A DNA stretch of 64,000 nt from Epiperipatus broadwayi (GCA_028023455.1 JAQFVV010000005.1:17856001-17920000), one strand, 5' to 3'. Positions 27,810-41,183 are shown, counted from the stretch's first letter. The notes: generated by a model not told the origin, from the letters alone. A program made the numbers and translations.

Positions 27810-27850
27810 TCCTCACTGATGAAAGCCCCAAGCTAAGCTAGAAACTAGTA
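27810..27850 (+). ncRNA. Hammerhead ribozyme copy ending at the cleavage triplet
   Basis: TCCTCA-CTGATGA-A-AGC-CCCAAGCTAA-GCT-A-GAAAC-TA-GTA. Family homology stops after GTA. Confidence 0.7.
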
Positions 27851-28702
27851 TTGAATACTAGATATTCTCAAAATCATCAATGATTATTTATATCTAGTTG
27901 ATTTTCACTTGGAAAGGTGAAATCATGATCGTGAGAGAATTTTAGCAAAATTTTGTTTTTTAGCTAGTGTGTTTGTGTGTATAGGTGTGAAAAGCCTCAT
28001 TGTATACTACTTAAATATGTATAAGTTGTGTTTGGTCTGATAAAACAATGGGTTTTTTCACTCGTTATGGCTAAGGGTTTTTTTATATTAGGGATTATTT
28101 TTTTCTAACCATCTATTTGTTGATCAGTAAATTTATATCTATCTATTTATAGGGAAAGGATTAGAAAATCAGCAATCAATTTATTTGATGAGGAACGTTT
28201 TCTGCTTTAAAATGTTTTTATCTATTTATATATTAATAAAATCTTAATACTACGTATTTTAAATGCAACTTTAATGCATTTTCAGAGCTGGGCATCTTTG
28301 TCAAAGCCAATAATTATATTCTTTTTTTAAAAAAGAGCAAAACAACAACATTACATTCAAATCAACATTTTTTTAAAAAAGAATGAATATAAATGTTGTC
28401 TTTGTGCCTCGACCTTTTTTTAAAATTTCAGTGACAGTTGTCAGAGTTATTTGCCTACATACACGTGTGATGGCAGATTGAATTTAAGTAGGAATCAGGT
28501 TCTATATTTGGGCAATAACTTTTGATCCTCATTAACATAATTATAAAGCAGGGAACAAAAGTACTCGTGAAACAATTTTTTTGTTAAATAATATGCAGAC
28601 CATAACATTTCTTGGCTGAGCTTCTTTTTTAAACAGTTTCACTATAAGTTTACTAATTCAAATAAATATTAAACCACTAAACATCACATATAGTGATTGT
28701 AA

Positions 28703-29065
28703 TTATTAAAGAACCAAATACACCAAAATGTATAGATCCTGAACAGAGTTCAGACCTATATGACTATATAAACAAATGAGTTTGAATTGAAGACATTATT
28801 GTGTTTTCATTTTGGACTCAATGCTTTATAGTTAACCAAAAAGAGGCTGTTGGAGGGTTGCATTAGATCCTTAGATCTAGGTACAGTGCTCTCAGATCCA
28901 AACTGTTTCACTGATGAAAGCCACAAGCTAGAAACAAGTCTGGGGATATTGGATAAGTATGCACTAGATAGGGATTTCATGCACAAACCTTCCTGCATCC
29001 ATTGATTACTCTGGCTTGCACTGAGTGACACTACAATATAGAAGAGTTTTGCCTCTGTTTATAAC
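28703..29065 (+). mobile_element. Partial monomer of the HHR repeat family
   Basis: Collinear by eye with the reverse complement of 27027-27505, including the GATCCTGAAC(A/T)GAGTTCAGA hairpin, the HHR and the downstream GGATATTGGAT...CCATTGATTACTCT block. Confidence 0.85.
28905..28946 (+). ncRNA. Minimal type-I hammerhead ribozyme (most complete copy)
   Basis: TTTCA-CTGATGA-A-AGC-CACAA-GCT-A-GAAAC-AA-GTC-TGGGGA. Confidence 0.75.
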
Positions 29066-30354
29066 TCTTTTATTTATTTATTGGAACTATTGCTTAATGC
29101 TAATAAAATGCAAATTTACATATTTTTATATGATTTATAATTTATTACCGTGTTAAATATGCAATGTGTACAAGACCAGATTTGACCTAAGGCAGCTACG
29201 CAAAGAAAAAAGTTTAACTTAATGAGTTTATATATAATAATAGTAGTTTATTAGTATTTCAACTAGCAGTTTGCTGGTTGAATCCTATAAATTAAATGCA
29301 TGCACAGTTCTTTACAGTATTGAACAATACCAGCATTTTTATACAATCCGTTATTTTACTATGTTAATTATTCTTCATTAACTTTACCCCACAGTGATCT
29401 CTTCAGCATATTTTACCACTGTCAGGTTGAGGGCTTGCAAGTACCTTATGCTTTCATTCCACTTAACACTGAACTGCTCTTTGGCTATGTTCTTAATGTT
29501 CTGCTGACATTTTGAGTTTGCATAAAGCTGACTTATGATATTTATTTTTTACTCTACTCTTATTTATTTTAACTCTTTCATTAAGATTTAATTTACTTTG
29601 ACCTATATAAATTTTATGACAACTGTAAAAAATCTTATAAACTATACCAATAATAGATTTAATATCAATTGACTGCTTTGAATTATTTAATAATGAATTT
29701 AAATCAAGGCCTTACTTCCAATCAACTTTTATACCACCCAATAAATAACTATTCTTAATCTATAAACGAATGACTTAAGTGTTTCTCATTATCAATTAAT
29801 TTTTTATTAATATCAGGCTTAAAGATATTTTTATTAAGTACAGTATTTCTAATAAACTTATGATTATAATCCAAACCAATATAATCAGAAGCAAATGGAT
29901 CCCAAACATTCCTATTGCAAAATTTAATAAAAAAATTTCTTATGATTAATATTTCTTAAATTTTTATATTAATAAATTTACTACAAAATAAAATATTATC
30001 AACCTTACTGACATATAAATCTAAGAATTACAGTCATTCTTTGGGTGATATAAAGACATTTTTTGGGTGGTATGAAAAGTTGCTTGTAAGAAACACCTTG
30101 ATTAAAATTCATTATTAAATAATTCAAAACAATCATTTGATAATAAATGTATTTCTGATATAGTTTATAAGATTCACTGCAGTTGTCATAAAGTAAATTA
30201 AATCTTAATGAAATAGTTAAAGGTCATAAGAGTAGAGTAAAAAGAAATATCATAACTGAACTTTGTAATTTTCATGATACAGAGCTTATTTTTTTATAAA
30301 AAAAAAATGAATTAGAAGAATAGTAAAAAAAAACATTTTAATATCAAAGGATGC

Positions 30355-30430
30355 GTTGGTAGCCAAGAAGTCTTGCAAGCAAGCAGTTGCTTGCAGACAG
30401 TTCCCAGCCAATGCTTTGACATATGAAAAA
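30355..30430 (+). mobile_element. tRNA-Gly-derived short SINE (internally deleted)
   Basis: GTTGGTAGCC...CCCAGCCAATGCTTTGACATATG(A)n. TSD AAAGGATGC at 30346-30354 and 30431-30439. Confidence 0.75.
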
Positions 30431-30569
30431 AAAGGATGCCTTCCATAATTCATTTCAAAAGCTAACCATCTTTAATATCAAAGGATGTCTTCATGAGATT
30501 GATGGCTTATAGGTTCAAGATTTATTATTAGTTTTTGAAGTGAATTATGGAAGGCTATTTGTTTTGTAT

Positions 30570-31190
30570 ATATATATCATGGCACCCCTTTCCTATCCAA
30601 GGAATGAAAAAATTGGGTGGAAAAATGTCAGATCAAACATGTGCTTATATCCATTTAGAATCCGAAGTCCAACCCTTGTGAACACATAATGCATAAACTT
30701 GGATGGTTGTTCAGGACATACCTACAGGATGATCATAAGGGGTGGGTGAAGCAAATGGAAAGTGTGGTGAACTTCATCAATTGGAGCTATGAACGAATCA
30801 ACTGGGTTCACACCCATCAAATTACATTTTAATAAATCCACGCCAATATTATTTACCAAATATATACCTAGCACAATACATCATGAAATAAATGTGAAAG
30901 TGACTAGGTTAAAAGCCAATGAACAGCTACTTAATAAAGCAAAACAGAAAAATAAGAATGAAAAAAAAATCCTTACACATTTCAAATTGGTGACAAAGTA
31001 CTTATCAAAGCCCATCACATAAGTAACCTATGTAAGAAAAAGTATCACAAATTTTACCCACAATTTGAATGGCATACCATCATGAATAAGGCTGGCCCTA
31101 ATGCTTTTTGGTTAGATATTAAGGGAGAAGTTAGAGGCACATTTAATGCCAAGTTATTAAAACCATACCTCAGTCAATCAATACAATAGT
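30570..31190 (+). mobile_element. Decayed Gypsy integrase fragment
   Basis: HGTPFLS...IKHVLISI.NP.SNP...AMNESTGFTPIKLHF (ORF 30789), followed by GDKVL...KFYPQF...GPNAFWL in shifted frames. Confidence 0.75.
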
Positions 31191-34100
31191 ATGAGATTAT
31201 TAATTCCATCACAAAATAATGTAAATAGAGTTAGCAGTAGAAATGATAAAGAAGTTTAAAAAAAGGGTGAGAGATCATCAAAAAAGTTATTAGGGTAGTA
31301 GTGATTAATACAGTATTTATGAGGGTATACTTCAGTAAATATGCTTGGATACCTTAGGACTGACCACATTTTTTTGAGTCAATCCACACATGGCCATGGA
31401 TACTCTAGTTTATGTAATCCTCAAAATCTGAGACTTTAAAGAAGAGCAGGAAAGAGATTAGTACACAAAAATATGTATCATCTAGAATAGAGATACATAA
31501 ATGGTCAGGCTTTAATCATAAAGTTTTAAAAAAAAAGAAAAGAATTTTTTTTTCTTTTTACCCTAAGCTAGATTCTCACTTGGGATGATACATAATTATT
31601 GAGAGAGGGAATGGCAGGATAGATGTTTAAAATTGAAGAATTAGAGAGGAAATGTAGGAAGATAAGTGTTATGATCTTTCATGGATAACAAGGAAATTAA
31701 TATGCCCAAAAATGAACATACTTTACACTCATTAGAAGTTAAAATTTTGATCAATGAGTAAAATTTTAATCCTGTGTAGGAAAGGGGAATTGTGAGGGTA
31801 GCTTAAAATTGCACCCACATAAACCTTAACCACCTGAAATATTGTATTATTTGTTTTTTAATTAGGATGTTAATATAAAGTAAATAATATGTTTTGCTAA
31901 AACACTCTTAAAATATAAATGTATAAATAGTTATAACAATGTACTAATTGTATATGAAATAGTGGGAATGGTAAGTCATTTACCATGAAATCACATACAT
32001 ATATATTTGTAATAAAATTAATTCTAGTGTTTAATCAAGAAATATAAACATTAGGAAAATTCATATAAACTTATATATATATAATAACAATTGTGTTGAA
32101 GATCTTGTGCATCTATAAGGAATGTAAACAATGACTTAAATGATGAAAAAATAGTCATAGCAATGAGGAAAAGGTCAAGTATTGTACTAAGCAACCAGAT
32201 ATAAGAAGGGGATATTATAATTTTAAAAAAAATGAATTGATAATTGCAATATTTATATAACACAACAATAGGCACACACTGTGAATAAACAAAGGGAATG
32301 ACACCGGGTATAAAAAAACAATTATGACTCCTTCTTCTTTAAAACTGTGCATTTGACATGGAAAGTCAACTTTGTTGAAGCAGTTATTTTTTTAAAAAAA
32401 TGGACATTGTTTGAATGAGCGTTTCCAACAAATGTTAATTTTTATTATTTTCCATTTGAAAAATTAAGGAAGCAAACAGAAGATTTTCATACAAGCAAAA
32501 TGATCAGATAAGTTTCAATAACTTATAAATTTTTAAAAAAAAAGTATTATGATTTTTTTTTAAAAAAAAAAAGCTAAACAAAGAAATTAGAACAGTTTAT
32601 TCAGATAAAATTTTAATGACGGGAACATATTATATAGCCAATATCACAAATAATAAATAACTGTATTCTATAATATATATATTTTAAATGCAAACCGCAT
32701 TTATATATATATATAAACCTATATATATATATTGCAAAATATGATATATTTTGGCTAGAACAATTGTCATCCGGTAGAGCATTTACCCACTATAGCCATG
32801 TGAAATTAATATCTACCTGTCAACATTGAAGTGCCTGATAAACTGGGTCCATGCATGATGGAAATCTACATGGGGAATAGAACAAAAACACTCACTGCCA
32901 ATATAAATATGTTCAGAATGTGCTATCCAGAAGCAACAAGGAGTCATCAACATTTTTAATGAAAAAAAAATGCATAAATTATAAAAACTCTGATGAAGTA
33001 CTGTGCCCAACACCTCATCTTTTCATGAAATGTAAATGTTATGATTTTTCTTTTATATAAATGTTTTATTGTTTTTTTATTTTTTATTATCTTGGTCTTG
33101 GTCTAATTCAACAGTTTGGAACAGTCCAACATAAGAAAATGTGGAGAGCAGGGAGGGAAGATTGAAAAGTCTGATTTTTTTCTTTTAATAAATTTTTAGG
33201 TAACTTTCTTCAAAAAGTGATTTTTCATCCATGGCTATGAAACTGATGGTTTAAATTGAGTACTTAAATGGTAAGAGTCTTTCTCTTTTAAATTAACTAA
33301 AATAACCAATGCCACACCATATTATTTGTTATATGTTTTACCAATAGTATTCCTTAGATATTTTCAATTTATAAATGACTAACCCTTTGAATATACTTTA
33401 CTATTTACTTTGCTATCATATTACATATTGTTTCTTTATTGTATTTCTTTCATGATATATATACATATGCAAGGTGATTATTTTAGATCAACCAACTTCA
33501 ATACCTAGAACTGCATACTGTATCTGGAGTTGCAATTAAATTTCTAAATAAGTTAGTTAGCAATCTCACTTTTTTCTAATAAAGTTTTCATTACTTTTGG
33601 ATATATAAATGTCTATATTATGTGTATCTATCGTGGGAAATAGGGGATAAGTACTTTTAAATTACCTCATCATAGACCTTGAAGTTAAAAGTATAGGAGA
33701 ATATATCCAAATAATTCATTTTTCGCTTGTAAATACTTTTTGAATTTTTTTTTTACATTGATTGATAATTTGTTCTGTTTTATATAATTTGTTTTTGTAA
33801 ATAAATATTGTGAAGTTTTGTTTAATTGACAAGGTATCTCTAGTATGTTGATCCAGCATTTGCATTCAATCCTATAACCAATATTTTACATGTGCACATG
33901 CACACACATTATTGTTTTATGAGCATGAGAGATAAATGTTAAATCAAGGTTATTCTTTACTAATAAATAGGATGAGCTAATTCAGTTATTGATTAACAGT
34001 CTGCATAGGTACATTCCTTTCAAGAGAGTCGAATGCGAATTCTTCCCGAGTTCGAAATCTGAGGCAACGTTTCTGAAAGAGAGTGGTGAGATGTGGATGA

Positions 34101-35687
34101 ACTGACCCAAATTGCATCTGGGTTTAATGAATGAATCTTGAGCTAGTCTATTGAGTGTAGATGTAATCATGGGTTATGTACTTCATTGCATCATCTCCAG
34201 CATCTTACCCAAAGACCCTAGGGCCAATGGTAGTTAGATGCAACTTACTCTCTCCCCATTCACACATCATAGACCGGACCATTACAATATATATATATTG
34301 TCTGTATCTAGTTAAATTTCATGTGAGAAGATCTATTTGTTAATAGATGAAACCATGAGAAAATTGTAATAAAATTGTTTTTAGCAAATTTTAATGTTAT
34401 GATTTTTCTATTTTATTTATCATTTTAGTATAACATTAGACAGTAGTTAATTATATATATATATTGTTTCTTACTAATGTAAGAACTCATTGTTGTTTAT
34501 ACTATGGATGAGGTGAACACTGGCAATTTATCATTCATGTAATACTCTATTTCTCGATATGTTTAAAGGGAAAGTTATCTTCATCTATTCTAGAACCACT
34601 TATTGTAAGCGTGAGTAATCAATGGACAACAGATGATATAGTACTATAAAATTTCCAACTCCATTAGTAATTTCTGTCTTTTGTCTTCATCAGTGAAGAT
34701 TAGATTTCAAAGCTGGAAATAATGCCTTTATGTACCTAGCAGACACCTTTTGTTCTTTATACTATTCAAACTAATAACCTGAAATTTAAAAAAAGTCTAA
34801 AGTTTCATACTTAGAGACTACCTTACTTAGTATCAGATCTATACAGCTATGCAAATGAGTTAATCTTAGCTTGAAATCTTACAGTTTTTTAAATTTTCAG
34901 GTTAGTTCAAATAGTATAAAAGAGTAAAAGGTGGCTCTATGTGCATGAGTTCCAGCTTTAAATTCTAGTCTTCAAAGGCAAAAGATAAAAAAGAATATTG
35001 GAAGATAGGAATTTTAGAAAATTATTATTATTTGTGATTATTGATTATTTATGCTTACAATAGATCATACTAAAATAGGGTGATGATAACTGTTCTTAAA
35101 AGCTTATAGATAAGCATATGAAAGGTCAGGTGACATTGTTGGTAATATAAATGTTAATATATGAGGGAAGGGCAAGTTATTATTTTTTAAAAAAAAACCA
35201 CACAATTTTTTTTAAAGATCACATGGCTATATACCCTTCATGTCTGTACATTATTTTTAGATTCTTATGTCCATACATTATATCAAGTTGGATTCTGTCA
35301 TCTAATTTATAATCAATTACACAAGCAATGATATAGCATATAACAATATTAAAAAATTTCCATAAAATATAGTTATTAAACAATTTAATAAAACTATATC
35401 AACAATGTGAATTCCAATCATTAGGATTTTAAAATTTGGATGAATAATCAATCAATCACAGCTGACTAGGCCATAACATTATCTGCTTCCACAAAATCTA
35501 AGTCTAATATAAATAGAACGTGAGTCAGTTTGCATAGTCTTTTAAAGTCAATCAGCGGAGTGTTTTCATAATAAAATGTGAAGAAGACCGTCAAAATGTT
35601 AATGTTCTTAGTTTGATATAGTGAAAAACAAACATGATAATAGATTAATAATTTTTATTAGTCATATCATTAGACTAAGGATTATCC

Positions 35688-35950
35688 AATAATGAATAAC
35701 ATTTCTGTAATGTAATTTTTACTACATCACTGTCGCACAAGGTAGGGATTAGTTTATATCAACTTTTAACATCTTGCGGAGGGCTGTAATCAGAAACATA
35801 TAACCAAAGACATCTTTTTCACATATCTTTGTTCATGTGTTTCTGGTTATGTCCCTCCACAAGGAATTAAAAGTGAATAAAAACCAATCCCTACCTTGTG
35901 GGAGAGTGGTGTAATGAAAATTATATTACAGAAATATTATTCATAATAAT
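35688..35950. repeat. ~260-bp imperfect palindrome (MITE-like)
   Basis: ACAAGGTAGGGATTAGTTT / AAACCAATCCCTACCTTGT and TTTCTGTAATGTAATTTT / AAAATTATATTACAGAAA pair across the centre at ~35820. Confidence 0.75.
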
Positions 35951-37622
35951 AAGTTGTATTATTTTAGAATTTGGCAGCATAAATGTCTTCATTACTTCAG
36001 AGCCACTATGTAATCATAAATAACTATTAGATACTAGTAATGCCTAATGAGATCCTCAAATCAGCATATGGCCTATTGGTTTCGGAACTATTAAATAAAT
36101 TTAAAAACAATGTTCCTCAATTGAAATCATTAAACTAAAAAGTAGTTTAAGTATTTGCTTAGTACTGTCAGTTAATATTCATTAATTATTCATGCTAACA
36201 GATATGGCCATAGAATTAAAAAATTAAAACTTTCAAAGTCAGTTTAAATGTAATCTATGGAAGTCATATGATGCTTTGTTTGGACTATACTGCCCTTTTA
36301 ACAAAATATCAAAAGGATCCATAGTAAACTAACAACTGAGGTCAGTAAATTATCTAATTGTTGATCTAGTGTCAGTTGTATATGTCTATAGAAGCATGAT
36401 AGCTTGGATTCAAAGATGTAAAGTGTTTGAAAGTTCAAACCATTACATTTATTAGTATAATATGAGTAAATACTTAACTGTATATTGAAAACAAATGAGC
36501 CTCAAACAAAGAATCCATTTAGTCTCATATTAATTGTTTAAAAAAATATTTGATTTTGTTTATTTTTAATTCAAAAATTTTGTTTTAAAAATTAAGCACA
36601 AAATTTTATATTGATTATAAATTATGGAATTTTTTAAAATATATATAAATTTGCTTTTAAAATAACTTTCTGTTTAAAATAAAAAAATAAATTTATTTCA
36701 AGACGTTTTTATTCAGAGTAAAAGCCTTATATGATTAGGTAAAAAGATTAAAAATCAAGTAGGAGTTTATAATCAAAAATTACGTTTTTAAAACTAGTAT
36801 TAAAATTAAGCAACTAAAACCGGGTCAAAGGTTATTTTTGATTTCGCTTAAAAAACAAACAAATATGAATGAAAAAAAAAGAATATACATGAATACATAA
36901 GTCATACATATATTTTTATTTTAGCATTCCCTACTGATATACATGCTATAAACTTCCACACATACACATATATAGATAAAAAATGTAATATCATTTAAAT
37001 AGCCGTTATAAGCCAAAACCCATCCAACGATTTCCCAGAGAAAAACAGCAAATAGGAAAGCAAGGACACACCATACTGGTGAACTGTTTGCTGATAGAGA
37101 TTTGGGTGTTATTTACAAAGTTTTAAAAGTTTTTTCATCCTCACTTTATCCCCTATCTACGAATAATTAGATATGCACACATATATTTATTTAGTATATA
37201 TATATTCAAATATTAAAATAAGAAAGCTATTATTTTAAGCAAAAACTTTATATATGAATTAGTGTAGTTGTATAACATGTTATAAATAGAGATACATATG
37301 AGCATAAGTATAGATATCTTTGGAAATATTTTATAAACATAAAAACTTTGGACTTCACTTAAGCAGAAGCCATTTTTTATCACAACATACATTATTACAT
37401 GCAGGAAAAACATCATTAATCCTAAGTCTCTGATCCAAGGTTTTTCTTCAGATATCTAAAATGAATATTTATCCCCCATTACAAAACAAAAACTTTGCTA
37501 AGACAGAAAAACAAACAGGCAATTCATTGCTATTAGGCTTATTAATTTATGGGTACTTAATGAATGTTTTCTTTTTATTTAATTTTGTTTATAAATATGT
37601 CTTCAAAACTAATTCACTTATT

Positions 37623-38416
37623 TATATGTAAATGAGATATTTATTTTATATAGCACGATGTTTATGAATTGTAATAAACTAATGATCAGCTTTTCAAGCT
37701 AATGCATATGCGCTTTATGAATCTTAATAATAAATGAATACTCTCATTTTCAACACAAGATAAAGTCTTTGTGAAAGAATAGAATGAATCATCTATTCTT
37801 TCAACACAAACCCTTAAGTATGTCCAAATCTTCAGTACTGGAAATGAGAGCATGAAGATATTAATCAATCATTTTAAATTACTTTTACTATGTCTGAATG
37901 AATGATGCCTGTGAAATTTACTAGAATTTACGATATGTCATTCTTAAATGAAATTAAACATATGTAAATGAGCTATTTATTTTATATAGTGTGCAATGTT
38001 TATGAATTGTAATAAACTAATGATCAGCTTTTCAAGCTAATGCACATGCACTTTATGAATCTTAATAATAAATGAATACTCTCATTTTCAACACAAGATA
38101 AAGTTTTTGTGAAAGAATAGAATGAATCATCTCTTCTTTCAACCCAAACACTTAAGTATGGGCAAATTTTAAGTACTGGAAATGAGGGCATGAAGATATT
38201 AACCAAAGTAATTTAAAGTAATTAGTTAATATCTTCACACTCTCATTTCCAGTACTTAAGATTTGCCCATACTTAAGCGTTTGGGTTGAAAGAATAGGTG
38301 ATTCATTCTATTCTTTCACAAAAACTTTATCTTGTGTTGAAAATGAGAGTATTCATTTATTATTAAGATTCATAACGTGCATGTGCATTAGCTTGAAAAG
38401 CTGATCATTAGTTTAT
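37623..38416. mobile_element. Tandem 336-bp monomers plus inverted partial monomer, with 13-bp TSD
   Basis: ATATGTAAATGAG starts at 37624 and at 37960. ~38020-38205 is inverted at ~38228-38412. TSD TAATTCACTTATT at 37610-37622 and 38417-38429. The twin ORFs 37686 and 38024 simply reflect this repeat. Confidence 0.85.
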
Positions 38417-39659
38417 TAATTCACTTATTGGAAAAGATTAAAGATTATCTTTGAAATTTTATTTGAATAATAAAAGTTTGTAAATAACAGGCTTTTAGAT
38501 TAATGATATTTTATCTGTATCAAATCTAAGAGTATTTAAATATATAAATATATTATTACTATTCAATAATGTAGAATTGCCCAAAGTAATTGATGTCTAA
38601 TCTGTAAAATTGACTTCACAAAATAAAAACTGAATATAATTAAATGTAATGTTCACTTTTTTTATATAGCTTTGAAGGAGAATGAAATATATTTTATTTA
38701 TTCAACCACTGAAGATATGGGCAAAGGTTTGATAAATCCTAATTTATTTTTCCCTATTTCATACTAAATAATTTTTTAAATTAATAATAAAAGGTGAAAT
38801 ACTTTTATCAAAGTTCATATAAGTCTTTTTTTTTTCTTCAGAAATACTTGTAATTATATGTCTGTTATTATTCTTTGCATTTAATCTAACTATAACTATA
38901 CTAAGAGATCTCACATAATGTTTAGCATTAAACTTATTTTTATATATAGATGCAATATATATTACTTGAATATTATATGTACACAAATAAAAGTGGTATA
39001 AAAAATAAACCAGGTAGTTTATCTTTTAGAGAGTGTAGAAAAACCTGTTTTTATATATATCATACGATGGAATTAACATCCATTATGTTGTCTTTATAAA
39101 ATACTTTAACATAAAATATAAATGAATATTATAGACAACTCTATTTGAATTAATAAATAATAATAATAAATTTAAGAGTGCTATGCCACTCTAGGAAATG
39201 CTTAGTTGGCCTAATGAGGGTGATGTCCCTGGGGGTAACTAGCCAATAGAATATAAATAACTAATAATACAATCATCAGCAGTTGCTTACCAAGGCTTGC
39301 AATCCTCTTAATTCAATTTATTCTACAATAATTTGTTATTGTTGTTAAGACATTTCAAAGGTATTTTATTGATCAATCAAAATTTTATGTTATGGTTTCT
39401 TGATATAACATCTATATCATAGTATCTTGGGTTTGTTTAAAAAGATTACAAGCAATTTCTAAAAAAAAAAAAACTAAACATAATTATATTTCTGTCATTT
39501 TGGAAGTATTTGTATCATGTTAGGGAATCAGTTTTGCCTCATCAGGGACTATATGGATATTATAAAAATAATATGAGGGGTAATCTATTTCTTTCTTTCT
39601 CTAATAAAGACTAAATTGTTAAAGAAAGGGTTTGAGTGTTTTCTTAGGGTATTATTGTA

Positions 39660-39900
39660 CATAAAAGCACATCTCATACACCATAATGCATAAAGTATGA
39701 ATGTGATTGCCCTGACATTGGCATATATCCCCATTGCACAGAAATTAAACAACAATTCAATTTTAATATATGCATTGTTAGATAGATTGGAAATGGCTGC
39801 TGAATACTATTATAGCACACACATTCAAAGAATAAATGAGTTTGATTTTCTGTATGCTTATGGGGCATAACTGGAATTTATCTTCAACATTTCTTCATTA
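39660..39900 (-). mobile_element. L1/Tx1-type LINE 3' fragment (zf-RVT)
   Basis: ORF 39674-39868 contains HTENQTHLFFEC, the E...H.FF.C zinc-knuckle motif. Confidence 0.55.
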
Positions 39901-41092
39901 TATTTTGAATTTAAAGAAATGCAATGTAAGTAAAGAATGCAAGTTTAGTTTAATTTAAAAATGAAAGTATTTTGATTCAGGTAACCAAAACTTTAATTTC
40001 CTAATAAGTTGCTTGTTATATAAATTTAGCATTGTCTTTTCAATTGAATCTCAAATTATTTTATAAACATTTCAGTATTTGAATTTATACACAGGTGAAT
40101 AACATAAGAAATTTGGGATGGAAAGCAATGAAGGGAAAAGATTTTTTAGATATCTGATAACTAAGAGTGATCTGTCAGTCCGAATAATTTTTATTAAAGT
40201 TACAAGGTGGGGGATGTATTTTTAGACAACAAAAAGTTAAGAGGTTTTTTTTAAAAATTTTGAATATATTAATATTTTAAAACCTAATCCATTTTAAGTT
40301 AACAGACATTGAAGACTCTTGAGAGAGATGGGCGCCAATTGTCTCTCGCACAAAGTCTTCACCACATAAACGTTGATGGCAAAGGATTTTGTGAATATCG
40401 TAATGGGAGGGTTTGTGATCATAGTGAAAAAAAGTAAATTAAACAGTAAACATCACATGATCACTATATGGAGAGTTTTGCTTTGTTTTGAATTGTTTAA
40501 ATTAAACAGTGATTTTTTTTTTAATAGAGCTAAAGATAGATTTGGAAAGTGATTTAATAATTTTTTCATTTGTGTCTGAGTTTTTTCTGAATTAAAGTCT
40601 GCATTCCTGAACAGTTCATGTAGAATGAAAAATCCAAGAATGGATTCAGTTTTCCTTTAAAGAATTGTTTTGGATATGTTTAGTGTAAATTGCTCAGGCG
40701 CATGATTTTTTTATATTAAATTCAAGCTTGTATTCATTTAAGTAATCTAACAAAAATCAACAGTAAAATAAGGATTTATTTCTGTGAAGAAAGAAAAACT
40801 GGGACATTATCTATCTAAGCAACACATATAATGTTCACTTTTAATCTACCTAAGTGTATTCCAGGCAGTTCTTATTCAATTTTTGTGATAATGGATTTAC
40901 ATAGGTAATGAAAAGAAGATAATTTTAAGGGTAGCCTTGAGTTATTGAACAATGAGAGGTAAAAGGAGAAGAGTAATTTTCAGCTTAAAGTAATATGAAA
41001 TTCTCTGTTGAGTATATAATTGGTAAGAACATAAAGAATTGATTTATGTATAGATGTATGAGCTAGAGTCCTAAACAGCAGGTTGACCAGAA

Positions 41093-41183
41093 ATAATAAT
41101 AATAATGACAATGATGATGATGATAATAATAATAATAATAATGACAATGATGATGATGATAATAATAATAATAATAATAATAA
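41093..41183. repeat. Compound (AAT)n/(GAT)n microsatellite with duplicated unit
   Basis: (AAT)n-GACAAT-(GAT)4 occurs twice, followed by (AAT)n. Confidence 0.9.

Larger units (their letters stand above)
27027..27850. mobile_element. Composite hammerhead-bearing element: ~1.1 tandem monomers on the minus strand joined head-to-head to a plus-strand partial monomer (retrozyme / non-autonomous PLE)
   Basis: HHR motifs at 27027-27058 (-), 27443-27484 (-) and 27810-27850 (+). The minus-strand GTC triplets are 422 nt apart. The inversion junction is at GCACTG 27500-27505. Confidence 0.85.

Noticed and set aside
28432-28486. Possible coding exon (DSCQSYLPTYTCDGRLNL)
   Set aside because: It has a plausible acceptor but a weak donor, no recognisable homology and no partner exons.
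37780-37845. CTGAAGA...GAAA on the minus strand of the 336-bp monomer as a hammerhead
   Set aside because: The other copies read CTTAAGA or similar, stem I does not pair, and the GAAA is sequestered in a perfect hairpin.
39525-39550. Minus-strand CTGATGAGGC as a hammerhead
   Set aside because: There is no complementary stem II strand and no GAAA downstream.
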